NCBI GenBank assembly: GCA_032718475.1
Contig: JAUCBJ010007520.1
Location: 1-64,000, forward strand
Direction of reading: 5' to 3'
Source of the DNA: Nemertoderma westbladi
Lineage: Eukaryota > Animalia > Xenacoelomorpha
DNA: 64,000 bases
Below, piece by piece: positions 50,901-61,499 of the stretch. The position numbers and the translations under genes were made by a program. The notes below the pieces were generated by a model, which made no database searches, was not told the origin of the DNA, and saw nothing but the letters and a program-made list of their open reading frames with translations. Positions within the stretch are counted from its first letter, which is position 1; each line of letters opens with the position of its first letter.

Positions 50901-50954
50901 CTTCCCACGACCACCTCCCTAATCCTTCAAACATCTAGGGACTCCATAACGTAA
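47901..50954 (+). CDS. gag: BEL/Pao Gag-aspartic protease polyprotein with an RNase H C-terminal remnant (1017 aa)
   Basis: FNGDEMKWLPF..EKLRYL..L..RYG (DUF1759-like Gag); three Cys/His knuckles (CVLC..H...C, CYNC...H...C, CAKC..HH.LLH); ALLDSGS; ILIG; TRVGW; QWRYCP..NPTDIASRG; YSSWNRL. Confidence 0.9.
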   Translation: MSDAKQNLSDSLLDTMDILLGQMQETVLQFKGTVRESRLELQEVQQSIALERDKLVNTQKGIPPPSVTMCQPVRSEVSHAQGVEPTRIYTASEVETPIVNPIKGNYRPVDNDIPYRTDHNPRNLYADNSILNSTMAQESFTRQMARTEARQAVKVGEIVKFNGDEMKWLPFNEYYKDNIQNSVLSNGEKLRYLIECLEGSPKSMALKFIGHPDGLRQVWDTLNIRYGNRNDIAGYLYAKLMAPRKFLSSGIIEFSDEIQEICRQLDWLGKSHEYQNSMVVRALASALPKGGVGTRWDKKVLYMMEQQRRDPTMTDLMSFLDREVKLQLLRQSREKTLENKVSEKPVSRRRVTPVCYTDDGESQTSQGEDSGKDTDRPYYVNKMPKEQVSKSKSRPNDRREPIQKTPPTSPKGIQVRKPEEITSVHHIAQVKVSNIKPKCVLCDGPHRLNACDKFLRKSLEDRREVMWDKRLCYNCLRRGHQRRTCNSDARCAKCGAKHHILLHTEFERNSPSQVSESELHVQFSDVNDTDQSEMEGFYTDEFSDQNESCYLINTTAVYRALVYEKDTDSDLTLTTSDQQPSWKAPTSNIGIREFPVVQLRVHGPQKSYIVNALLDSGSTGTFIDRELAEVIFAGQPKFRTKLNLSGIMQVWNSTVAADYYIGELSTPQDELGEHSIRSVKMVAIKNFATTQADLYNWDEDESIRHLNIPRFQTDYPGVQILIGQNAHEALETLEKRPAQPQPLQTYAVRTRVGWYLAGPSRRTLRERLLQDRVCQVSEWEDDTSEGDDPTEGTPHSSDNDNLSSNVDQWRYCPKKFNPTDIASRGATPQELTDTTDRLGEPDFLSKENEWPPHLTPTEIRPAKGAEKVEPETRTGGSELFEPGIDLSVLHVARDDAVDLGLPSASGSFMKIRESDWSSGTSDVSQGLSPLLQRATDHYSSWNRLCDAVIYFEQCFYRHYSRTKRKPGIVFRMQRLNHPVGRLCLSEGNGGLSGNCGRQDSLPTTTSLILQTSRDSIT

Positions 50955-52611
50955 CAACATATGGAGTGGGTGTGTGACTCTATTATTTTATATTATTTTA
51001 TTATTTTTATATTTATGTATGTATTACTATGTAATTCTATTATAATCGTTTTCTTTAATTTTATTCAGTAGAATGTTATTTTAGCGATTATTTAGTAGAT
51101 TAGTGCAATATATATTCGCGTTTATTACTTAATTACGTATATATTATATTTAATGCGACGGCAAGAAATAATTCTTTTCCTTCTTCCTTACTGTCCGTAT
51201 TACATTACAAATACGTAACTACAGTAAGATGAAATGTCCGTACTTATTAAAGTACAATAAAGCCACTACTATATTCAAGTATTATTGGTAGGCAGAGTAT
51301 TAGGAATGCAAAGTTCAGATCCTCGTGTCTCGGCTAAACCAAGCTCTGGGTAGACCTTGGAAACGACTTGCCTCTTCACACTGACATTGCTTCGTGCGAT
51401 ATTGCTCTCATACCGTATATTAAATAATACATATAGTAGCGTGATGTCCCTTTAACAGTAGCGTATAACGCAAAATAAATCTGTTAAACCCTTTGACCAT
51501 CTGTAATTCTAGTCGATTAAGATATCGCGGCACCCACCGATATACTTGAAAGACAAATTCTAGAATCAGTGGTTAACGTCCCCAGACAAGTTCTGGAATA
51601 AATCGGTGCCCATCTCAAATATTAATTATTTAATATTTGCAAATCTAATAAATCAAAATCTGTAAAATTCAGATCCTTCAGCAATTCTAGTCAATTAAGA
51701 TATCGTAGCATTTACCGATATTCTTAAAAAGACAATTGTCATAGAATTAAGGATCTTGTGTCCCCAGACATATTCTAGAATCAAAATATGTCAATTTAAT
51801 TATCAAATAATAAAATTTCAGGGAATAAATTTAAATTCATGCCTTTTAATGAATTTAATAAATTGCCATTTTTACGCAATTTATAACATTCCCAAAATTC
51901 CATTAATTAATAGATCAAGGGAGCGGAGATTTATCTTATTATGTGTATGAGTGTGCGAAAGTCTCCCAAACATAGTCAATAGCCGATAAAATTCATAAAG
52001 TCATGTATAAAACAGAACATTGACTATTAAAGAATACTATTAAATAACATCCCAGATCTGTATGCATTGGAATTGCTCTAATTCTACCGCTAGCTTTGCA
52101 TAATGTCACCATAGCAACAACCACGCTAGAATTAGAATTGAGTTAAAAGAACAATAGAAAGCTTGTCCCATTGAATAGCATAGGGAATAAATAGTGCACT
52201 GATAGTATCCAAGGATACATAATAATACAGTGACATTCTGGAAGGCATTGACTAACGGACAAGTGACCCGAGTGTGTGTAATTTGTGACAAGTTGTGTGT
52301 GTGGTATTTGAGAGTTTATAGGCGAATGTTACTACTAAGGTGTGTTTACAGTAGCTAGTCGCAATCGTAAAAGTAACCTAACTCTCCAAGGAAAACCTGA
52401 AGTACATCTAAGCCTTTGGGACGGACAGTTGAGTGACTTGTGCCGGTTGTCGTTGTCGTTGTGCGGCTACGTCGTTGGCGAAAGTACAGAGGCGACGACA
52501 CATCGGCGCTGAGGATCTCGTACTGTCCGGGGGTTAATTGGGGTAGTCAGCGACGCTCGCTAGCCTAAATATAAACTCCTTATAATATGGATAAACTCAT
52601 ATATAGCAGAT

Positions 52612-53304
52612 ATGACGGAGTTGATAGAAGATGGTCTTGGTATCGGGGAGCGATATACTCTACTTTTACAAGCGTTTGTTGATAGCTTAATACGCGGCGA
52701 CGTTAGTCCAACTGCTGCGGAGGACGATGGTCGTTATGTCAAACCGACAATGTCCCAAGTGCAGCTCTCGCGAGAGTTGGACTATAGAAAATTCGCTGCT
52801 CGATATACGCAGCGTAATGGTACGTATATGGGCTTCTTAACTACTGGTCATCCTATCGATTTACACGATACGGACAATGTCGACACCAAAAGGGAAATGG
52901 TACGATTGAAATATCCTACCCAGCGGAGGCGGAACGATAAACCGAGAATGGAACACGAGAATTCTATTCGAAACAGACTCGAAAGAGAAGACGTTGAGGA
53001 GCCGGATAAACGCAGCGACTTCAACGATTATCTGGAATTCCTGATAGAAACATATCTCAATATTGCCAGTCAACCAAATCTAGAAACTCGATATCCTCAA
53101 GGTATACATCATGACCGCATGGTAGAACTCAAACGGCTCAATTCCCCTATGATGTATCTTACCGCCGATCGACCGCTACCTGTTGTACCGAATAGCTTCG
53201 AACGGATGGAGGAATATTGTAAGCTGGAGAAAGATCACTCGCGTTTCCCCTACAAGACGTACGTTTTTGGGTATTATTACGATAAATGCCCTAGACCCAA
53301 CTAA
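52612..53304 (+). CDS. Unrecognised 230-aa ORF in the 3' (env-position) region of the LTR element
   Basis: ATG-initiated and GC-richer than the AT-rich spacer; charged and hydrophilic, no signal peptide or TM segment; TATAAA at 52570. Confidence 0.55.
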   Translation: MTELIEDGLGIGERYTLLLQAFVDSLIRGDVSPTAAEDDGRYVKPTMSQVQLSRELDYRKFAARYTQRNGTYMGFLTTGHPIDLHDTDNVDTKREMVRLKYPTQRRRNDKPRMEHENSIRNRLEREDVEEPDKRSDFNDYLEFLIETYLNIASQPNLETRYPQGIHHDRMVELKRLNSPMMYLTADRPLPVVPNSFERMEEYCKLEKDHSRFPYKTYVFGYYYDKCPRPN

Positions 53305-54162
53305 TAAACGGAAAGACATAAACATCCACGTAAACCGAAACTTGTTGACGTATCACCTATGCTCACTCGGCTCGAACGATCCTGGAGTAAACCTACGATC
53401 AGAGTCCCGGAATACTCGGTCAAACCTCCTCATTCCTTAGTTGGACCTCAGACCTGCGATCCTGGTGGTGTCGCGGATCCTCGCGGACTGTATTCACTGT
53501 TCAAAGATCTAGTGCTACCCTAACAATTAATCGGTAACACTCCGACAGTGATTTCTAGCTAGCCGCCCATCTTACCTAGCCGGATTGTGACGCGGACACC
53601 TAATATCACTATCCAACCGTATGGTCGTCCACGTTTAACGCGATACAACCCCTCATCAAGGTGAAGGAGAGCGTTGTACGAAACGAGTTAAACGCTATTC
53701 TATAAAGATCAAAAGGGAAACCTGCGTTTGTTCAGATAAACGTAAGTTATAACAGTAAGTCCAATCGATAAACGAATTGGCCTTATCTCAATTCGATTGG
53801 GAAATCCAGAATCTCTAAGAAGTTATCGAACTTGGACGATCCTATTCTCTGCGAGAGTTTTTGGATGAACGTATCCAGCTACGAGCGGAGGAAAATCAGC
53901 TCGAGGAGAAGCATATCGAAACGGCAGATACCTCGACCATAAACCTACACCTTCTGATGCAATCATATTGCACCCTTCACCCAGGAGTTATGGCCCTCCT
54001 AGTAAAGTGGCTCCCCCCAAAGAGAAAAAGACTCTTGCTAGCCTCAAAAAACTGCGTAAACGCCGTCTGCGTAAGAAAGACTAACTGTTTAGAGTATCTT
54101 TATATTTTAGAAACTGTGATTTTGTATATTTTATAGACTTAAATCCCATTTTCTGGGAGCGG

Positions 54163-55377
54163 TGTAAAAGCTTTTGCTGAATTGTCCGGTTATTTTTCCT
54201 TATTTTTCCCGTAAAATACTCTGTAGTTGGTTTACCAGGCATAAAAAGGCCGTGTCCTTGCTGTACTGGTGTTTTAGCGGACATAAAAGCTATTTCTTCT
54301 GTATTTGTACTTTAGAGGACATAATCCGTAATTCCGTGACGTAAAAGCTCGATACTCTTGAAAACAGTGTCGCTACCATGACGACGGCTAGCAGCTGATA
54401 TTGCCACGTCGACGTTTCTTTGTTTCTCTGTTCTCTCGTTGTTCAGGTTGACCAATCAGAGCGTTTGTTATCTCTGTGTTGGAGGTATATACAGAAACTC
54501 AGTAGTTCAGTGTTATGTTTTTCCCCAGAGCCTAAGAACCGGCTTTGGCACCTCCGTGTTTCAGTTTTTAGTCTTACACTAGTAGGTTTAATTATAAAGG
54601 GCATATATCCTTTAACTGACCTGACTCATGGAATCACTGCTAACTGATCATACATACTGACTGCTGAAACATTGCAAACTCATAACAATCAGTGTTTTCA
54701 TTGTTGTTTTATACTGCTATTTACCGTCAGTTCTTCATAATATGGTTGATGAATTATTATATTTGGAATAACGATAAATAACCCCGAAACCCAATATTCT
54801 TGATATACCGAAGGTAAGAGAGAAGGGTTACAGATAAACGATTGTGACTTATGTTAAAGTGGTTTGAAGTGAATCTAATGTTATTTGATAGACCCTACAT
54901 GAGTCAGTCTGTGTTCCTTTTATATGTGACTAAAATCAGTGAAGATTGGCATATTAGTGTGCAGTATTGTGCAGCATTGTGTATGAGTGAGTCTGTTAAA
55001 GAAGCAATTCCTAAAGAATGCGCCATATATGTGAATTATAATTAAGCCATATCGTTGTGAGTAGTTTAAGTCATAACTCTGTTTATATAGATAAAGCGCC
55101 ACGTCCTAAAGGAACTGTTAATATTACCGAAGGTGAATAATATTGTCAGAGATTATATAGTACTGTCAGTCGAATAATACATTAGGCTTACATAGCAATA
55201 AAATTAAACCGTCGAACCCAATCTCCCGGGAATATCCAGCGGGTGAATGATCGCGCACAGATTGGTTTCGACTAGTGTAGTGAATCAAATACTTGTCATA
55301 GACTAAAAACCGATTTAATATCTAGAAGACATCTTAATTTGGTGGGTTAAACTGCCAAAGGTCTGAAAGCGCGAACA
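54163..55377 (+). repeat. 3' LTR
   Basis: Matches 44498-45712 and is followed by the TSD GTTTC. Confidence 0.95.
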
Positions 55378-55987
55378 GTTTCACACCAGTACTATATATA
55401 TGAAGTTACTATCTAGCTAGATTTCCCTTAAAAATAATATCCTCTCATTGGTAATGGTAATCAATCACTCAGTGCTGGATCAATGTTGTACAAACAATAA
55501 AAAGCAATAAGTCAGTCTCATGCACATCATAAAGAATAACTATTTAAGTAGTTGTAGAAAAGTATGCTCTTTTTGCCTACTGTAAAATAATAAAGAAAGA
55601 CAAAAAATGTTGTTTCTTTTTGCCACCACTTAATGTAATTTTATTTGTTGAAAGTAATTTGAAAAGAATAAAAACAAAAAAAATATCTTCCATCGAAGCG
55701 TCTTCCGCAGTGAAATAACTAAAGCAAAAGCGAAATAGTAAAATGGGTAATATGGCTATTATAATATTATAATATTCTAGAATAATAAATATCATGTGGA
55801 AACCATTAGCGCTATCTATTTAAATTCAATAATATTTATTAATGTCATGGAAATTACTTTGAAATTTAATTCGAACATTATGTTTTTTGTTGACAAAAAA
55901 GTGCTATTTTTGTCAAACTTGTTAATGAATTTGACAAAAAAAAGTGACTTAAATCAAATACATAAACTTAAAAAAGATCTTACATAC

Positions 55988-56113
55988 CTATACAGCTGCC
56001 CACGCTTTCATGCGTCATGTATAAACAATCACATTGGTAACCGCCATCTAAGTTAGTACAATTAGATATTGTCAGATTACATAGATGTGTGTTGCTTTCA
56101 CATTCATCTACAT
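55988..56113 (-). CDS. Calcium-binding EGF exon (phase 1-1, 126 bp)
   Basis: DVDECESNTHLCNLTISNCTNLDGGYQCDCLYMTHESVGSCI; tttttAG acceptor and GTatgt donor. Confidence 0.88.
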
Positions 56114-56264
56114 CTAAAAAATAAGAAAATAATTTATTAGTAATTAACTGATTTTTTACACCCATGCAAACCATAAAAAGCATAAAATAATAAATAAATA
56201 AATAAAATATATTAATAAGTATATAATAATGAAATAAAATTGTATGAATTATAATAAAATATGA

Positions 56265-56640
56265 CGCTTTGATAAGTTTTTCACTGCTGAGTTGTCTAGG
56301 TTTAGAAGCTTGAATATCGGCTGTGATAATGTGATGCACGGTGTCGGACACTGATGCATGGTGTCGGATTCAGGTGGACCCATGAAAGTTGTATCATGGT
56401 TAAAAATATCGGAGAAATCGTTCAGTAGTTTCTCCAGAGGGGGGTTTTCTTGAGAACTTGTGACTTCAATAATATTTAGACTTTGAGAAGAAGAGTTATT
56501 GAGTGTTTGCCTGAGCTTTGTTTTGTTATCTAAGATGATTTTATTTTTTGCAATCGAGAACTGTTACGATATATGGCGCTGTGTACTAGAACAGCCCATC
56601 ATACAGCATAGAGCGATTAGATAAGTTTTATCGATGTAGA
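56265..56640 (-). pseudogene. Degenerate Gypsy-like pol remnant (protease-RT linker)
   Basis: Minus-strand fragments LEKLLNDFSDIF and VHHIIT..SKPRQLSSEKL resemble the region just before Ty3/Gypsy RT; frameshifted. Confidence 0.4.
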
Positions 56641-59197
56641 GCATTCATTAGGTAAGGAAATTGAAATATACGAGTTTATATTATTCAACCAATTTTGTAT
56701 AGTATGTAGCCTTACATATGTAATTTTTATAATAAAACCTTAGTATATTAAATTATGGTGGCAAACTTTTGTAAAACATTAATACGAATTTGCCGTTTAT
56801 TGACATTGACTGATCCTAATGTGTATTCGTATTAATTTCGTTTATATTTCCCTACAAACTAATGTTATACTAAATTAATGCTAAATGTGCTTTAATAATT
56901 GCGAAATTAATGCTACGGCCATAAACCTATAAGCCCACCAAGACAGATTTATTACCATATATGGTAATGATTTGGGAAATGGGGAAGCATAGGGCTATAA
57001 TCCGGCTCTCCCATTGGTTTAGTTATTTTAGGTTGGTCTAATGGTAGTAGGATTTGTTGGACCAATGATATAATCATTGCTTCATACCTATATTTTGTCA
57101 GTGTACCTCAGTATACTTTTAGTGTATGCCAGTGTATACCTGTCCACCAGTATAGCGGTACTGTGCACGTTTTAGTTGACTTTAATGTTTTCGATCTTCT
57201 TGCTTGTCATTTGTACATCAATTTCTGCTTTTAAGCCTATATAATTACAACTTTGAATAATGATCTTCTTGCATTGACTCTTGATTTCTTTAATCTTTGC
57301 GATTGCGATGTAGCAATTCCTTACAAGAATTTCCTTTCAACTGTCAGACTGTTTGTAAATGCATGCGCCGATACAGTAACTATTTGCTTTAGAATGATGG
57401 GCTAAGGGTACCTGTAGGCGTAGCAGGCGCACTGTGGAAGCGACGGAAGGAGGAGTGGAGGATCCAATGTGGGGCAATGCTGGTGGGGGGGGGGGGGGGG
57501 GGGGGGGTAGTTGCGGTTGGGCTAATCAATTAAGGACCGGGGACCGGTCGTCACTACAGTGTTTGGGGGCTGACGATCTAGCTTCGTCTCAACTGTGTAG
57601 TACTAGGGTAGTAATAGCGGTTTAGTTAGGAGAACCGCACGTAGCTTGAGTGGCCTTGCTCTCTCACCCGAGCACTATCACACTAGCTCTATTACCCAAC
57701 TACCATTAGTGTTATTATTACTATATATATTAGTGTGTTGTTAATGCTATTTTATGTTGTGTTGCTGAAGAGAGCCTGGTGTTTGAATATAATGATTAGA
57801 TAGGCGCTACTCTCCCTTGATTGTTTTCTATTTCTTAGTTTATGCATATTAATTGCTGTTAGGTCAAAATAATACAGTATCTAGGCTGTTGCTAGTATAA
57901 CTCAGTAACGTAATAATTAGTAATACATATTCTGGAATACTTAGTAACAAGTACGCAAATTTGTATTTTATGACACTGTAGTTTATTTATCATGTTAGAA
58001 TAAAGTTAAGAACTTGTACGCTGCATAGCGGAGTGGAGAATAGTTGGGTAAATTACTCTTAGAAATACCTTAGGATATTCAACACTAGGCGGTAATTTGA
58101 AAATAGCAGATTAGCAGGCTGACAGAGGTAGCCAGTGTAGCACAGTAGTAATTTTGCTGGCCTAAAGCCAGTGCAAGGCCAAGTTTGACATTAGGACAAA
58201 TAAATAGTCTATCCCATTATAATATTAAAATATTCTCACATTTGACGTTGTCCTGCCCGATAACTGCCTGCATTTCTCTGTGGTAAGTGAACACCGAGTG
58301 CAAACCACCCGCACTTATATTAAGTAGCTTAGGAATCCAACTCGGATTTATTGTTTTGGTTGCTGCTGTTTTGGCTTATAAATTCGAACAGTTAGCTCTT
58401 TGTTGAGAAATCGACAGAGAAAGGAGCATGCGATTGGCAGCGTGAATAATTTGCATAGTAAATGGTTGTGTTTATATAACCCAACAGTAAAGAGTTTTGT
58501 TTGCTGTATCGTTCGACGGTAAGACATTTTGGTAGACGATTCTGCTTGCATCCAACAGTGAAGGAGTTGGATAGTTCAACAGTGAGAGAGCTGATTTTGT
58601 GTTCACTATTCATTTGAAATACAGCAGTTCATTGGGCTGTTAGGGTAGTGTAGTGTATTTATTCACTTTATTATTTGTTCACTAATCACAGAATATAGGA
58701 ATTTATTGGGCCATTGGTAATCGTAAATTAGTAAGTTTTAAATTATAGCTAGGTTTGTGAGAATTCAGTTTCGGCCAAAATTATTTATATAATAAAATTT
58801 AGAGTTTTAGTACCGATATGTTGGATAACTGCTTAATTATTTTACACCATCTGGAGATACATGGCGAGATGGAACTTCTGATCCTGGGGTTTGTGTGGGC
58901 CTACGGGTTCGGTTTGCAATCAGCGACGAGACTGAAACCTAGGACGCGGACGTGGAATCTCACAGCGAACAATGTTAGTTGTTCTGTTGGTACCATTGTA
59001 ATTGTGAAAGCAGTAAAAAATTACCGGTTGTTTAACTGCGAAACTGAACTCAGTATATTAGTTAGCCATCTATGGTGTTTTGGATCGCTCAGTTGGAGAG
59101 AGAGAGAGTGTCGCAACCTGAAGGTGTAGCCACGCGCCAGTGGATACATATATAAAATTTAAAAGTAAAATTACGCTAATTTGAGCTCTATATATAT

Positions 59198-60569
59198 TAG
59201 GGTGGTGCGTTTTTTACTTTTTTTCGATTTCATTGTTCTACCGGTGCATAAAAGTTGCCAAATGGTAAAAAAATAAGGCAAAAAAAATTTCTTTAAATCT
59301 ATGTCTTCACGGATCCCAAGAGGGTTGAAATTTTTTGCCATCGCGATGCACCATAATGAAATTTATAACAATATAACACATTGATGAAAGATCAATGACT
59401 CAAAAAAGAACTTCCTGCATGCATCAAATGTCATCAAATGGGTCCAAAATTAGTTAGATACCAAAATTTTAATTTTTGGATCAAGGGAAGTTGTGCCACA
59501 GGCACATGACCAGAACCTACTCTATGGCGCAAGTGATGATTATTCTCAATTTTGGTGATGGACAACATTTAGTTCTCCTACGGCATTATTATTATGCTCA
59601 TTAGAACCGCAATGACCGATTTAGTGGGTGTAGACACCATCAAAACAAGCATAGAGCGAATAGTTCTTGAGATATTACAGAAAATGTCAACATTACTGCC
59701 TTGATAATTTATAGACAAATACACAAAAATGTTACTTCTAATTATCTTAAGGCATCAAAAATATACACATCACTGCAACAAATTGATTTAGTGTATACAG
59801 AGACCTTCAAAATTAAAGAGTACCGGTAGTACGTAATTCACTATAGTTTTTGTACAAAATGTGTGGAATGTGTCAACTCAATATCACATAGTAATTGGTG
59901 GACATAGTCTTGACATTTTGTAAAATAACTCAAGAACTAATGACTCTACTCTTATTTTGAAGGTGTCTTCACCCACAATATCGATCATTTCTGTGATGTG
60001 TCTATTTTTTGATTCCTTGAGATAATTCAAAATATCATTTATTGTGTATTTGTCCATATCACATCAAGGCGGTAATGTAGACTTGTGCTGTACTTCACAT
60101 TTTCTGCGATATCTCAAGAACTATTCGCTCTACGTTTGTTTTAAAGGTGTCTACCCCCACTAAATCGGCCATTGCGGTTCTAATGAGCATAATATGAATG
60201 CAGTAGGAGAACTCAAAGTTGGCCATCGCGAAAATTGAGAATAATCATCAGTTGCGCCAAATGGTAGGTTCTGGCCATGTGCCTGTGGCACTAGTTCCCT
60301 TGACCCAAAAGTTAAAATTTTGGCATCTAACTAAGTTTGGACCCATTTGATGACATTTGATGCATGCAGGAAGTTCTTTTTTGAGTCATTAATCTTTCAT
60401 CAATGTGTTATATTGTTATACATTTCATTATGGTGCATCGTGATGGCACAAAATTTCAACCCTCTTGGGATCCGTGAAGATATAGATGAAATTTAAAGAA
60501 ATTTTTTTTGCCTTATTGTGCACCGGTAGAACAATGAAATCGAAAAAAAGTAAAAAACGCACCGCCCTA
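59198..60569. mobile_element. hAT (hATm-like) foldback MITE with ~650-bp inverted arms
   Basis: TAGGGTGGTGCGTTTTTTAC... / ...GTAAAAAACGCACCGCCCTA; arms align over almost the whole length; 8-bp flank ATATATAT on both sides. Confidence 0.85.
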
Positions 60570-61328
60570 ATATATATATATACAATTAGAAATAGTTCGG
60601 GTGACAAATTTATTTTTTTTGAATTTTCGAATTAGATTCAAAAATATTTTCGTGTCATACCAGTATTTAAATGCTGTATAATAGCTATAGAGCTACATTT
60701 TTGTTTAAATATTATACCGGTATTTACTATAACTATATACAATTAAATTCACAATATTTATATTGTGAATTTACTTTAGTATTTGACATTTGAGACCAAA
60801 TAAATTATTTTGAAAATAATTTAATCGAAATTTCGATTAAATTAATATATATCTCGAAATCTTGCACGTACACCCGCACTGTTACTGTTAAAATAAAGTG
60901 TCCAAACAAGAAAAAGTGTAAAACCAAGGGTTTACACACCTTGGACAGACCGGTCCAGGACATTGTGTTATTAGAGGAAACATGCATTGAGACAGGCACC
61001 AGCTATGCTATTTGTTGGGGTAAGTCACTTTACCGATGACATTTTTTCTTTGTTTTTTTAATATATATTTGTACATGTTATATATTGTTGTTGTTGTTGT
61101 TGTTGCAGCAGAATGAAATACATAAATCTAATCGAATCCTATTCAGCAGCCTACCGGCACTACCGGTAGATGCTAGGCCATTCTATCCAGATAGATTATA
61201 TGCAGATGTGCCAAACACCCCACCGGATTATAGCTACATCTCACAGAAACCAGAACAGATTATTAACCAATGAGTTAATCACTTAACTCATTAGTGTCAT
61301 TATAACAATATTAGGAATGCATTATTAC

Positions 61329-61499
61329 CTTCACAAGTGGCTATTTGTTGGTTGTCTGATATTGCTCGAGCATGTAGTTGTATTTGTTGGTATCCTGAGC
61401 GGCAAAGACATTCAAATGATCCAACTATGTTATTACAAGTAGTAGTTGTAGGATCACAATTATGCACAATCGATTCACTACCAGAACATTCGTTTATAT
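61329..61499 (-). CDS. Calcium-binding EGF exon (phase 1-1, 171 bp)
   Basis: DINECSGSESIVHNCDPTTTTCNNIVGSFECLCRSGY...TCE; ttcacAG acceptor and GTaata donor. Confidence 0.9.

Larger units (their letters stand above)
44498..55377 (+). mobile_element. Non-autonomous BEL/Pao LTR retrotransposon (Gag-protease plus an extra ORF; no RT or integrase)
   Basis: Two 1215-bp TGT...ACA LTRs, 5-bp TSD GTTTC (44493-44497, 55378-55382), purine tract gggagcgg before the 3' LTR. Confidence 0.93.

Noticed and set aside
44755-55102. Identical short ORFs at 44755/54420, 45186/54851 and 45255/54920
   Set aside because: They are duplicated only because they lie in the two LTRs; no recognisable motifs.
57130-58620. 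Fragments suggestive of a decayed transposase C-terminus and a LINE 5' region
   Set aside because: No termini, TSD or diagnostic motif; cannot be supported without a search.
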